Source: Eledone cirrhosa
Lineage: Eukaryota
Direction of reading: 5' to 3'
Assembly: GCA_964016885.1 (NCBI GenBank)
Contig: OZ024743.1
Coordinates: forward strand, 339,078,001 to 339,142,000
DNA: 64,000 nucleotides
In this document: positions 27,201-39,855 of the stretch, in pieces
Position numbering within the stretch: position 1 is the first letter of the stretch
Layout of the letters: each line of letters opens with the position of its first letter
Notes under the pieces: model-generated
Told to the model about the DNA's origin: nothing
What the model saw: the letters and a program-made list of their open reading frames with translations, nothing else
Databases searched by the model: none
Position numbers and translations under genes: made by a program

Positions 27201-30200
27201 TTAGTGACAGTTTGTGGTCTAACTAATTAGTGGCAGTCTGTGCTGTAACTAGCTAGTTATAGCCTCTTATCTAACTAGTTAGCGAGTCTGTGGTCTAACT
27301 AGTTAGTGACAGTCTGGTGTCTAACTTGTTAATGACAATCTTTGGTCTAACTAGGTAAAGGTAGTTTGTGGTTTAACTACTTAGTGACAGTCTGTGGTCT
27401 CACTAGTTAGTGACAGTTTCTGGTCTAACTAGTTAGTGACAGTTTGTGATCTAACTAGTTAGTGACAGCCTCTGGTCTAACTAGTTAGTGATAGTCTGTG
27501 GTTTAACTAGTTAGTGACAGTCTCTGGTCTAACTAGTTAGTGACAGTCTGTGGTCTAAATAGTTAGTTACAGTTTGTGATCTAAATACTTAGTGACAGCC
27601 TGCGGTCTAACTAGTTACAGCCTGTTGTCTAACTAGCTAACGACAGTCTGTGGTCTAACTACTTAGAGGCAATTTGTGGTCTAACTAGTTAGTGACAATC
27701 TGTGTTCTAATTATTTAGTGACAGTTTGTGGTTTAACTAGTTAGTGACAGCCTGAGGTCTAACTAGTTACAGCCTGTGGTCTAACTAAGTAATGACAGCC
27801 TGTAGTCTAACTAGTTAGTGATAGCCTCTTATCTAACTAATTAGTTAGTCTGTTGTCTAACTAGTTAGTGACAGTCTGTGGTCTAAATAGTTAATGACAG
27901 TCTGTTGTCTAACTAGTTAGAGGCAGTTTGTGGTCTAACAAGTTAGTGACAATCTGTGATCTAACTAGTTAGTGACAGTTTGTTGTCTAACTAGTTAGTG
28001 ACAGTTTGTGGACTAACTAGTTAGTGACAACCTCTTGTCTAACTAGTTAGTGATAGTCTCTTATCTAACTAGTTAGTGACAGCCTCTGGTCTAACTAGTT
28101 AGTGACAGTCTGTGGTCTAACTAGTTAGTTACAATCTGTGGTCTAACTAGTTAGTTACAGTTTGTGGTCTACCTATTTAGTGACAGTCTGCTGTTTAACT
28201 AGTTAGTTTCAGCCTGTGGTCTAACTAGTTACAGTCTGTGGTCTAACTTGTTAATGACAGTCTGTGGTCTATCTAGTTTGAGGCAGTTTGTTGTCTAACT
28301 AATTAGTGATAGCCTCTTATCTAACTAGTTAGTGAATCTGTGGTCTAACTAGTTAGTCACAGTCTGTGGTCTAACAAGTTAATGATAGTCTGTGATCTAT
28401 CTAGTTAGAGGCAGTTTGTGGGGTAACTAGTTAGTGATGATCTGTGCTCTAACTAATTAGTGACAGTCTGTGGTCTAACTAGTTATTGACAGTTTGTCGT
28501 CTTATCAGTTAGAGACAGTCTGTGGTTTAACTAGTTAGTGACAGTCTGTGGTCTAACTAGTTAGATGCAGTTTGTGGTCTAACTAGTTAGTGACAGTTAA
28601 TGGTCTAACTAGTTAGTGACAGCCTCTGGTTTAACTAGTTAGTGACAGCCTCTGGTCTATCTAGTTAGTGATAGTCTGTGGTTTAACTAGTTAGTGACAG
28701 GCTCTGGTCTATCTAGTTAGTGACAGCCTCTGGTCTAACTAGTTAATGACAGTCTGTGGTCTAACTAGTTAGAGGCAGTTTGTGGTCTACCTAGTTAGTG
28801 ACAATCTGTGGTCTAACTAGTTAGTGACAATCTGTGGTCTAACTAGTTAGTGACAGTCTGTGGTCTAACTAGTTAGTGACAGTTTGTCGTCTTATCAGTT
28901 AGAGACAGTCTGTGGTTTAACTAGTTAGTGACAGTCTGTGGTCTAACTAGTTAGATGCAGTTTGAGGTCTAACTAGTTAGTAACAGTTTATGGTCTAACT
29001 AGTTAGTGACAGCCTCTGGTCTATCTAGTTAGTGATAGTCTGTGGTTTAACTAGTTAGTGACGGGCTCTGGCCTATCTAGTTAGTGACAGTTTGTGGTCT
29101 AACTAGTTAGTTACAATCTGTGGTCTAACTAGTTTGTGACAGTCTGTGGTCTAACTAGTTAGTGACACTTTGTGGTCTACCTAGTTAGTGAAAGTCCGTG
29201 GTTTAACTAGTTAGTGACATTCTGTGGTCTAATAAGTTACAGTCTGTGGTCTATCTAGTTAATGACTGTCTGTGGTCTAACTAGTTAATAACAGTCTGTG
29301 ATCTAACTAGTTAGAGGCAGTTTGTGGTCCAATTAGTTAGAGACAATCTGTGGTCTAACTACTTAGTTACAGTCTGTGGTCTAACTAGTTAGTGACAGTT
29401 TGTTGTCTAACTAGTTAGTGACAATCTGTGGTTTGACTAGTTAATGACAGCCTGTGGTCTAATTAGTTACAGCCCATTGTCTAACTAGTTAATGACAGTC
29501 TGTGATCTAACTAGTTAGAGACAGTTTGTGGTCTAACTAGTTAGTGACAGTTTGTGGTCTAAGTATTTAGTGACAGTCTGTGGTCTAACTAGTCAGTGAC
29601 AGCCTCTGGTCTAACTAATTAGTTATAGTCTGTGGTTTAACTAGTTAGTGACAGCCTCTGGTCTAACTAGCTAGTGACAGTTTGTGGTCTAACTAGTTAG
29701 TGACAATATGTGGTCTAACTAGTTAGATGCAGTTTATGGTCTAACTAGTTAGTGACAGTTTATGGTCTAACTAGTTAGTGACAGCCTCTGGTCTATCTAG
29801 TTAGTGATAGTCTGTGGTTTAACTAGTGGGTGACGGGCTCTGGTCTATCTAGTTAGTGACAGTTTGTGGCCTAACTAGTTAGTTACAATCTGTGGTCTAA
29901 CTAGTTAGTGAAAGTCTGTGGTCTAACTATTAACAGCCTGTGAGCTAAGTAGTCACTACTAGTTTTTGGTCTAACTAATTTGTGCCAGACTGTGGTATAA
30001 CTAGTTAGTGACAGCCTGTGGTTTAACCAGTTACAGCCAGTGGTCTAACAAGTTATCGACAGTCTGTCGTCTAACTAGTTAGTGACAGCCTGTGGTCTAA
30101 CTACTTAGTGACAGACTGTGGTCTAACTAGTTAGTGACAGTCTCTGATCTAACTAGTTACCGTTTGTGTGTCTAACTAGTTAGTTACAGCCTGTGGTCTA

Positions 30201-30850
30201 ACTAGTTAGTGACAGTATGTGGTCTAACGTTTTACAGTTTGTCGTCTAACTAGTTAGTGAAAGCTTGTGGTCTACCTAGTTAGTGACAGTCTGTGGTTTA
30301 ATTACTTACTAACAGCCTGCGGTCTAACTAGTTAGTGACAATCTGTCGTCTAACTAGTTAGTGATATTCTGTGCTTTAACTAGTTAGTGACAGCCTGTGG
30401 TCTAACTAGTTACAATCTGTAGTCTAACTAGTTAATGACAGTCTGTGGTCTAGCTAGTTAGTGACAGTTTGTGGTCTAACTAATTAGTGGCAGTCTGTGC
30501 TGTAACTAGCTAGTGATAGCCTCTTATCTAACTAGTTAGCGAGTCTGTGGTCTAACTAGTTAGTGACAGTCTGGTGTCTAACTTGTTAATGACAATCTTT
30601 GGTCTAACTAGGTAAAGGTAGTTTGTGGTTTAACTAGTTAGTGACAGTCTGTGGTCTCACTAGTTAGTGACAGTTTCTGGTCTAACTAGTTAGTGACAGT
30701 TTGTGATCTAACTAGTTAGTGACAGCCTCTGGTCTAACTAGTTAGTGATAGTCTGTGGTTTAACTAGTTAGTGACAGTCTCTGGTCTAACTAGTTAGTGA
30801 CAGTCTGTGGTCTAAATAGTTAGTTACAGTTTGTGATCTAAATACTTAGT
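24250..30850. repeat. ~3.26-kb tandem duplication within the satellite
   Basis: Markers GGGTGACGGGCTC at 26571 and 29828, and AGTAGTCACTACTAG at 26691 and 29948 (both offset 3257). Boundaries approximate. Confidence 0.85.
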
Positions 30851-33750
30851 GACAGCCTGTGGTCTAACTAGTTACAGCCTATTGTCTAACTAGTTAACGA
30901 CAGTCTGTGGTCTAACTAGTTAGAGGCAGTTTGTGGTCTAACTAGTTAGTGACAATCTGTGGTCTAACTAGTTAGTGACAGTCTGTGGTCTAACTAGTCA
31001 CTCACAGTTTGTGGTCTAACTAGTTAGTGACAGTTTTTGGTTTAACTAGTTAGTGACAGCCTGTGGTCTAACTAGTTACAGCCTGTGGTCTAACTAGTTA
31101 GTGGCAGTCTGTGGTCTAACTAGTTAGTGATAGCCTCTTATCTAACTAATTAGTTAGTCTGTTGTCTCACTAGTTAGTGACAATCTGTGGTCTAAACAGT
31201 TAATGACAGTCTGTTGTCTAACTAATTAGAGGCAGTTCGTGGTCTAACAAGTTAGTGACAATCTGTCATCTAACTAGTTAGTGACAGTCTATGGTCTAAC
31301 TAGTTAGTGACAGTTTGTGGTCTGACTAGTTAGTGACAGTTTGTGGTCTAACTAATTAGTGGCAGTCTGTGGTCTAACTAGCTAGTGATAGCCTCTTATC
31401 TAACTAGTTAGCGAGTCTGTGGTGTAACTGTTTAGTGACAGCCTGTGGTCTAACTAGTTAATGACAGTCTGTGGTCTAACTAGGTAAAGGTAGTTTGTGG
31501 TTTAACTAGTTAGTGACAGTCTGTGGTCTAACTAGTTAGTGACAGTTTGTGGTCTAACTAGTTAGTGACAGTTTGTGATCTAACTAGTTAGTGACAGCCT
31601 CTTGTCTAACTAGTTAGTGATAGTCTGTGGTTTAACCAGTTAGTGACAGTCTCTGGTCTAACTAGTTAGTGACAGTCTGTGGTCTAAATAGTTAGTTACA
31701 GTTTGTGATCTAAATAGCTAGTGACAGCCTGTGGTCTAATTAGTTACAGCCTGTTGTTTAACTAGTTAACGACAGTCTGTGGTCTAACTACTTAGAGACA
31801 GTTTGTGGTCTAACTAGTTAGTGACAATCTGTGGTCGAACTAGTTAGTGACAGTCTGTGGTCTAACTAGTTACAGCCTGTGGTCTAACTAGTTAATGACA
31901 GCCTGTAGTCTAACTAGTTACAGACAGTTTGTGGTCTAACTAGTTAGTGACAGTCTGTGGTCTAACTAATTAGTGATAGCCTCTTATCTAACTAATTAGT
32001 TAGTCTGTTGTCCAACTAGTTAGTGACAGTCTGTGGTCTAAATAGTTAATGACAGCCTCTTGTCTAACTAGTTAGAGGCAGTTTGTGGTCTAACAAGTTA
32101 GTGACAATCTGTGATCTAACTAGTTAGTGACAGTTTCTGGTCTAACTAGTTAGTGACAGTTTGTGATCTAACTAGTTAGTGACAGCCTCTGGTCTAACTA
32201 GTTAGTGATAGTCTGTGGTTTAACTAGTTAGTGACAGTCTCTGGTCTAACTAGTTAGTGACAGTCTGTGGTCTAAATAGTTAGTTACAGTTTGTGATCTA
32301 AATACTTAGTGACAGCCTGTGGTCTAACTAGTTACAGCCTATTGTCTAACTAGTTAACGACAGTCTGTGGTCTAACTAGTTAGAGGCAGTTTGTGGTCTA
32401 ACTAGTTAGTGACAATCTGTGGTCTAACTAGTTAGTGACAGTCTGTGGTCTAACTAGTCACTCACAGTTTGTGGTCTAACTAGTTAGTGACAGTTTTTGG
32501 TTTAACTAGTTAGTGACAGCCTGTGGTCTAACTAGTTACAGCCTGTGGTCTAACTAGTTAGTGGCAGTCTGTGGTCTAACTAGTTAGTGATAGCCTCTTA
32601 TCTAACTAATTAGTTAGTCTGTTGTCTCACTAGTTAGTGACAATCTGTGGTCTAAACTGTTAATGACAGTCTGTTGTCTAACTAATTAGAGGCAGTTCGT
32701 GGTCTAACAAGTTAGTGACAATCTGTGATCTAACTAGTTAGTGACAGTCTGTGGTCTAACTAGTTAGTGACAGTTTGTGGTCTGACTAGTTAGTGACAGT
32801 TTGTGGTCTAACTAGTTAAAACCTGTGGTCTAACTAGTTAATAACAGTCTGTGGTCTAGCTAGTTAGTGACTGTTTGTGGTCTAACTAATTAGTGGCAGT
32901 CTGTGGTCTAACTAGCTAGTGATAGCCTCTTATCTAACTAGTTAGCGAGTCTGTGGTCTAACTGTTTAGTGACAGCCTGTGGTCTAACTAGTTAATGACA
33001 GTCTGTTGTCTAACTAGGTAAAGGTAGTTTGTGGTTTAACTAGTTAGTGACAGTCTGTGGTCTAACTAGTTAGTGACAGTTTGTGATCTAACTAGTTAGT
33101 GACAGTTTGTGATCTAACTAGTTAGTGACAGCCTCTTGTCTAACTAGTTAGTGATAGTCTGTGGTTTAACCAGTTAGTGACAGTCTCTGGTCTAACTAGT
33201 TAGTGACAGTCTGTGGTCTAAATAGTTAGTTACAGTTTGTGATCTAAATAGTTAGTGACAGCCTGTGGTCTAATTAGTTACAGCCTGTTGTTTAACTAGT
33301 TAACGACAGTCTGTGGTCTAACTCCTTAGAGACAGTTTGTGGTCTAACTAGTTAGTGACAATCTGTGGTCTAACTAGTTAGTGACAGTCTGTTGTCTAAC
33401 TAGTCAGTCACAGTTTGTGGTCTAGCTAGTTAGTGACAGTTTGTGGTTTAACTAGTTAGTGACAGCCTGTGGTCTAACTAGTTACAGCCTGTGGTCTAAC
33501 TAGTTAATGACAGCCTGTAGTCTAACTAGTTACAGACAGTTTGTGGTCTAACTAGTTAGTGACAGTCTGTGGTCTAACTAGTTAGTGATAGCCTCTTATC
33601 TAACTAATTAGTTAGTCTGTTGTCCAACTAGTTAGTGACAGTCTGTGGTCTAAATAGTTAATGACAGTCTGTTGTCTAACTAGTTAGAGGCAGTTTGTGG
33701 TCTAACAAGTTAGTGACAATCTGTGATCTAACTAGTTAGTGACAGTCTGT
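30660..33750. repeat. ~1.46-kb tandem duplication within the satellite
   Basis: Markers GCCTATTGTCTAAC at 30877 and 32337, and TAGTCACTCACAG at ~30995 and ~32455. Boundaries approximate. Confidence 0.75.
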
Positions 33751-34344
33751 GGTCTAACTAGTTAGTGACAGTTTGTGGTCTAACTAGTTAGTGACAGTTT
33801 GTGGTCTAACCAGTTAGTGACAACCTCTTGTCTAACTAGTTAGTGATAGTCTCTTATCTAACTAGTTAGTGACAGCCTCTGGTCTAACTAGTTAGTGACA
33901 GTCTGTGGTCTAACTAGTTAGTTACAATCTGTGGTCTAACTAGTTAGTGACAGTTTGTGGTCTACCTAGTTAGTGACAGTCTGCGGTTTAACTAGTTAGT
34001 TTCAGCCTATGGTCTAACTAGTTACAGTCTGTGGTCTAACTAGTTAATGACAGTTTGTGGTCTAACTAGTTAGTGATAGCCTCTTATCTAACTAGTTAGT
34101 GAGTCTGTGGTCTAACTAGTTAGTGACAGTCTGTGTCTAACTAGTTAATGACAGTCTGTGGTCTAACTAGTTAGAGGCAGTTTTTGGTCTAACTAGTTAG
34201 TGACAGTCTGTGGTTTAACTAGTTAGTGACAGCCTGTGTTCTAACTAGTTACATCCTGTAAAATGATTAAAGATATGGGTGTGTGTGTGAGTGTATTTGT
34301 GTGTGTGTGTGTATGCGAGTGCGTGTGTGTATTCTTCTACACAT

Positions 34345-35045
34345 CCGTTACCAGTGCCACGACGAAGTTCCTGTTCTATCTCACCCTGTCCAGCATTGCG
34401 ATCTGAAGTTCCCTTGCCTCCAGCCCCGTGTCATCATCAAGAACAAACTTCATTGTGATGGTTGTTCTCCCAACTCATCTGCATACATTTGTTTTACAGA
34501 AGATAACTGTCAATAGAATCATTGTGACGTTTCACATCTCCGGCTAATGCGAGCCTCCTCTGCCTTATGATGTCAGAAAGGCGAGAATATTAACCGTAGA
34601 GCGATTATATTTGCTACGCGTGTTTTCCAGGAGATTCTCTGGACCTTTCTCGGCGTTCGTATAAATAAGCCATTAATCAAAAGCTGCTATGGCCAGATGC
34701 CTAACCATCTGCGAATGCAGAGAGGAGGACCAGACGATGCAGCACTGCCTTGTTTGCCCTCTACTATCCAACCAGTGCAGCTTAAAAGATCTTGCAGAAT
34801 TTAATAATAATTCAAAGGACTGTGTAAAGAAATGGGAAACTGTCATATAACCACATGCTTCGAAGATATGAAAAGAAGAAGTCATTAATCCTGTTGGTGA
34901 GTGATTTTGTTAATGTCAATAACTCACATCTGTAGAGGAGATTGGATTCGACGGTTGCTTTGAATAGTCTCATTTTCGTTGTTTTCTTGACCGAAGATAC
35001 CCACACCATCGATAGGGAGTTGAGAGCCCTTATACCTTGCCTATC
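34345..35045 (-). mobile_element. Degenerate RTE-clade LINE 3' fragment
   Basis: ORF 34812-35009 reads KMRLFKATVESNLLYRCELLTLTKSL, like the post-RT RTE motif KxRLFxATVESxLLYGxExWTLT. Minus-strand LDDDTGLEARELQIAMLDR at ~34385-34441 resembles the RTE C-terminus. Frameshifted. Confidence 0.65.
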
Positions 35046-35084
35046 CTAGTGTCTATATATATAGAAATATATATATATTGATCG

Positions 35085-35229
35085 CATTTGGAAGGGCGGC
35101 CAGCTGTAGAAACCATGCCAAATATGGAAAGTATGAGCAATATGAAGTCGTGCCAACTCGCCTAGTCTTGGACCATAACAACTCAACTCATCCAAACTAT
35201 GCTACCGTGGAAAGCGAACGTAAAATGAT

Positions 35230-35234
<5 letters not shown>
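35085..35234 (+). mobile_element. SINE/LINE-derived 3' tail fragment
   Basis: GAAGGGCGGCCAGCTGTAGAAACCATGCCAAA...GTGGAAAGCGAACGTAAAATGATGATAAT ends in an (ATG)n-type tail and resembles abundant cephalopod SINE 3' ends (recognised from memory). Confidence 0.45.
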
Positions 35235-35287
<53 letters not shown>

Positions 35288-35294
35288 GTATATG

Positions 35295-35325
<31 letters not shown>

Positions 35326-35352
35326 CTAGAAAGGTAGGTAGGTAGGTAGGTG

Positions 35353-35415
<63 letters not shown>

Positions 35416-35421
35416 CGATAA
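35234..35421. repeat. Compound microsatellite (CT)n(AT)n(AG)n(AGGT)n(GATA)n
   Basis: Directly visible. Confidence 0.95.
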
Positions 35422-38400
35422 CTTTCTTTTTATTTGCCACCAGGGCATCAAACGGTGGGACAAGTACAATGGGGGGAGTTTACATAAAAAGGCGTCCTCA
35501 CTAAAGAGGAGGCAATAACAAGATATAAAAATATAAAATATAAAATATAAAATATAAAATATAACAAAAATAAATTGAAAAACAAAATCCTCAATAGGGA
35601 GGTCGCATACACCCCCGAAAAAAGTATGCAACCCTTCTCCTCAGGAGCACAGAGAGAGGGTGCTCTCTTGATCTTTCATCTTTCTCACCTACAGTCTGAT
35701 GTAGAGAGAAGGCCCATTCACACAGGCCATCTGCTCACTTTCACCCATCTTTCATAGAAACGGCTGGGGTGCAGCACCTCTCTCTCCATCCTGATCCTTC
35801 TTCCGAAATGATATCGGAAGAAACGGACCAGTTGTTGGCCAGAGAGAAAGGTGTCTGACCTCAGTCCTTTAAGACGCATCCACCATACAACCTCTTTCGC
35901 CATGGCTACTACGCACAGAAACACCGCCCCTCCTTCGTTTTTGAAGAGGGGAGGCGGCTTGATCGTTACAATAGACTCGGTGGTCAACCCGATCGGTCCC
36001 ACCCTTGACAGCAGTTGTTCGACATAGCCCCACAGATCGGCAATGCCCGAGCAGTGTACCAATGCATGTGCAACGGTTTCCTCGTCGCACACGCATCTGG
36101 GACAGATCTTTTTCGAGGGGTCCCTACCCGGGCGCCCGTGTCTGTAGAGCCTTTCTCGAACGGGCAGAGCCCCTCGGTAGCACTGCCAGGCCAGGGACCT
36201 CTGGAAGTTATCCATGGGTCCTGGGCTGAATGTCCTACCGAACAGGTTGGCCAGTTCGTCTTCCTCCATGCCTATGGCTTCTCCGAGGGCGTCGTCGCAC
36301 CTGCTAACCACCAGCCCTATATAGAATGACGAGGTGGATTCTCCACTGACAGCCGGGTCCGCCTGCCAGAGAGCCGTGAGCGCCTGGGCACACTCGGTAT
36401 GCCAGGCGCCCAGTTTTCTCCGTCTTTGCTTGACCCAGTATTGCAGCTCGATGAGCGAGACGAGTCTGGGAAAGGCTCGCCTCACAAACGGGGCCCACAC
36501 CGGTTGACCGATGAGGAATACCTGGACATGCCGTAGCCTTAATGCGTGTTTACGTATCATTAGCCACGGCAGTCCTCCTTTCGAAGGGTGTTGACAGCAG
36601 ATGGATCTCCTCACCATAGGAGCCCGCTTCTTCCAAAGGAATTGGAAGAGTGCGCGCTCCATTATTTTGGCGAGCGTTTCCTTTGGGCAAGGCACAACGG
36701 TCAGGCGGTAGTCGATGACGGACGCGATATAAGTGTTCGCCACCTCCGCCCGACATTTCAGGGACAGTTTGCACTCGGCCCACATCTGGGTCAGTGTAAA
36801 CACCCTGTTCGTTACCTCACCCCAGTTTTCTCCACCTGGAGGTCTGGTCCGAACCAGACCCCGAGCAACTTCACCGGGCCCTCCGTCCAGCGCCCGACGA
36901 CGCCATCGGAGGGCATCGATCTGCCCCTCCACGTGCCGAGTTGCAGACCGATCGACTTGTCCCGGTTCAGCTTAGTCCCTGTAAACCTTTCGTACTCCTC
37001 CAGTAAGGTGCCGATCGCCCCGATTTCCGAGGCCATCGATACCATTACTGTTACGTCATCGGCGTAAGCCGACACCGCTTTCCGCAATCCCGGTTCCAAC
37101 GGGATGCCCTGCAACAACTCCAACTTCCGCAGCAGTGGTTCTAGAGTCATTACATACAGAAGGGAGGAGAGAGGGCACCCTTGTCGGATGGACCGCGCGA
37201 TTTCGAACGGCTCCGAGAGGTAGCCGTTCACCTTGACCCTAGAGCAGATGTGGCTGCTGTGCATGACATTGATCCAGCCCCTGAAAACGGGTCCGAAGCC
37301 TGCCGCCGCTAGCACCGCATCCAGGTAACCATGATCGACCCTATCGAACGCCTTAGATTGATCCAAGTTGATCAGGGCCCCACCAAAGCCAGGTTCGTTC
37401 CCAACCCTCTCTATGATGTATCGCATGAGGTGGAGGTTGTCGTGGATGGACCTGGACGGGATAGCACATGTCTGCGCATCTCCCACCAGGTTGCCCACGA
37501 CAAGCGCCAACGTCTTTGCTAGCACCTTGGCCAAAATCTGTAACTCTGTATTTAGCAGAGTTATGGGCCTGAAATTATTTATATCGTCCCCCTTGTTCTC
37601 GTCCTTCCTCACTAGCGTGACTACGCCCTTGGTCACAGCACAGGGAATTCTCCCGTTCTGTTGCCAGTTGCAGTAGACCGCCTCGAGGAAATCGGGGAAC
37701 AAGTCCGGCATAGCTAGATATAGTTCGTATGGAAGACCATCGAGACCCGGGGATTTGCGTTTGCCGCATTGGCTCAGCACGTCCTCTATCTCAGCGGCTG
37801 AAATCGGCTCCTCGCAGGACTTCGCCTCCCTGTCCGAGAGACGCGGTAGGCCGTCGAGGTATGGACCGAAGTCCACTTCCCCAACCGGCTCCCCGCCCCT
37901 TCCGAACAATCTGGCAAAGTGCTTTTGAAAATCCTCGCACATCTGCTTAGGTTCAAGGATCACCCGTCCATCCTGGTCTCGCAAAGACCGGATAGTGGAT
38001 CTACTCCCTCTTTTGGCTTCTGTCACGCGGGCCCAGCTAACAGCTTTGGTCCCCTCGTTTCCCAGAGCACGTATTTTGCTTCGGACGATGCAGCCTTCGT
38101 GTTTCTCGTCGAAGAACTGGGCCAGGGCCGTTCTCGACGCTAGCACTCTGGCCACGTCGCCGCTTCTAATTGCCTCTTCTACACTATCTACCAACTCCCT
38201 TTCCTTCCTATTTCTATTTGAGGCTAACTCCTTACTAAATTCTATAGAGACTACTCTAATCTCTCTTTTGAGAGATCCCCACCACCTGCTGTTGACGATG
38301 GCGCCCGTCAACTGCTCCTTAACTAAAGTGCTAATCCGGTCCCTGTAAGCCTTACTTGCCGGTAAGGACAAGTTGAGCTTCCAGTAACCGGGTCCCTGTC

Positions 38401-38541
38401 TCTGCGTTCTGTCAAGGTTGACCATGCAGGTCACTAACTTGTGGTCTGAATAGCCAACCATGCGCATTTTTGGACAACTTAAAAAGTCCTTATCCTTATT
38501 TCTAACTAAGAACCTATCCAGGTACGACCTAGATGATCCGC
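35419..38541 (-). mobile_element. 5'-truncated L1/Tx1-clade non-LTR retrotransposon
   Basis: ORF2 remnant plus ~300-bp 3' UTR ending AATAAAAAGAAAG. Flanked by (GATA)n on both sides (35352-35421 and 38543-38554). Much more GC-rich than its surroundings. Confidence 0.93.
35718..38541 (-). pseudogene. L1/Tx1 ORF2 (end of APE domain, reverse transcriptase, C-terminal CCHC zinc finger), broken by one frameshift near 36825
   Basis: APE end SYLDRFLV...YSDH; GPGYWKLN; KSPGLDGLPYE; FRPITLLN; LDQSKAFDRVDH; RQGCPLS; AYADD; KLLGVWFG; then in a new frame NWGEV...GGL...CPRC-x8-H-x4-C. Confidence 0.92.
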
Positions 38542-38729
38542 TAGATAGATAGATAAATTGAAAAATTACATAAATTCAAGAAAAAAATAAAAGAAGAAAA
38601 TAGCGAACACAGAGGATAAGGAACGAAACAAAGCAGATATCAAATAACGAAATGTCTTGTCAGCTGCCCCTAGAAGGATCATTGAGTTTTCGACGTGAAG
38701 ATTAATATCTCCATTATAAACCAGTGTGC

Positions 38730-39293
38730 CAGTAGTTTCGAATAATCGTCCTCCCCACAACGCTTATTAATTTTTCAGATTTTTTCCACCAGCCCCGCTC
38801 ATATTCCCATACCCCCTCCCGCTTATTAAATTTTGGTAATCTATCTCCGGTGAAATTTTATTTTAAGTGCTAACATTCCTGCGACAATTAATTTTCTTTA
38901 GACATTAAAAAACATTATACATGACAAAAAAAGTACATTACTCGAAATCCCATACGCAGACCTGCGAACCTGTAAAAACCGAAATGAGGAGTAGCATGAA
39001 AAAAATGCCCCAAAATGGGGAGAATGAGGCAAAATGGGGAAATTTTTCATATTGAAGGCTATACCCATTTTCACAAAAATGGGGAAACGGAGAGATCTCC
39101 CCATCGGACGGGGAGAGTTGACAGGTCTTCATGCGTTATAAAATAAATAGGATGGATTGGAGCTTCAATATGTAAATTAAACGACTAATTCTAGTTTTTA
39201 AATAAATCAACGGAAATAACCTAGAAAAATTACCGATTTTCCAGCCCCTCCCCGCTTATTCCACCCACCCCTATTATTTAGGACCCGAGAGTA
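38730..39293. mobile_element. Probable non-autonomous DNA transposon (MITE) with reiterated CCCCGCTTATT subterminal motifs, carrying a nested MITE
   Basis: CCC(C)GCTTATT-like motifs at ~38755-38828 and ~39245-39280. Right end ...TTATTTAGGACCCGAGAG-TA. Left end degenerate. Confidence 0.4.
38957..39129 (-). mobile_element. ~170-bp MITE with TIR CAGACCTG(Y)CAAC and imperfect 6-bp TSD
   Basis: Ends CAGACCTGCGAAC...GTTGACAGGTCTT. Flanks CATACG / CATGCG. Reverse-complement homologue of 39660-39855. Strand assignment is arbitrary. Confidence 0.75.
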
Positions 39294-39366
39294 TAGTAGA
39301 AGGGTCTGTTGGGAATGATGTAAGACAGCACACCAAACCTACAACGAGAGCATTAAGAAAATCCAC

Positions 39367-39452
39367 TCTGAGTTCAAATCCCGGCGAGGTCAACTTTGTT
39401 TTTCATCCTTTGGAGGTCGATAAACGAATATCAATCAAGTACTGGGGTGGAC
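39367..39452 (+). mobile_element. tRNA-derived SINE fragment
   Basis: B box GAGTTCAAATCC followed by GAGGTCAACTTTG..TTTCATCCTT..GGTCGATAAA, the same core as the SINEs at 55635-56223. Confidence 0.8.
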
Positions 39453-39659
39453 TGTTTCTCTTTATCTCTTTCTCACTCCCTCTTTCTCTCTCCTACCTTT
39501 TCCTCTTTCTCTGGAAGGCATCAGCTGTGTTCACTCCTAGAGAGTGGATGGGCTCCGCCTAGTTTTAAAAATGTCCCAAACACGCCGTATGACATGACGG
39601 CGCCACTACAGTTCCATCAAGAATTACAGATCTATACATACCTACAAACAACACAGTAA

Positions 39660-39855
39660 CAGACCTGTCAACTCTCCCAGTCCGGCGAGGAGATTTCCTA
39701 CCCACTTTGGGGTGGGTGAGAGATGTCTTCTCTTGAGTAAATGGGTATAGCTTTCATTATGTAAAGTCTTCCCTCATTTCGCCCCATTTCTCTTCGTTTG
39801 GGGCATTTTTTTTTCATGGTCTCTCCGTTTGGGCTTTTAGAGGTTGGCAGGTCTG
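39660..39855 (+). mobile_element. ~195-bp MITE, second copy of the 38957-39129 family in opposite orientation
   Basis: TIRs CAGACCTGTCAAC / GTTGGCAGGTCTG. Flanks CAGTAA / TAGTAA. Confidence 0.8.

Larger units (their letters stand above)
1..34259. repeat. Satellite DNA array, 26-bp monomer (GGTCTAACTAGTTAGTGACAGTCTGT) with 22-bp and 24-bp deletion variants; runs off the left edge of the window
   Basis: Directly visible head-to-tail repeat with period 26 (e.g. GGTC at 303 and 329). Recurrent variants include GGTCTAACTAGTTACAG (4-nt deletion) and GATAGCCTCTTATCTAAC. Ends abruptly at ~34259. No ORF >=60 aa in the track. Confidence 0.98.

Noticed and set aside
1-34259. CRISPR-like array (short palindromic repeats)
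   Set aside because: No unique spacers; monomers abut directly and are themselves degenerate. No cas genes, and the context is eukaryotic.
1-34259. Telomeric-repeat origin of the satellite (TTAGTG resembles TTAGGG)
   Set aside because: Only a single hexamer-like match per 26-mer and no TTAGGG runs. Insufficient evidence.
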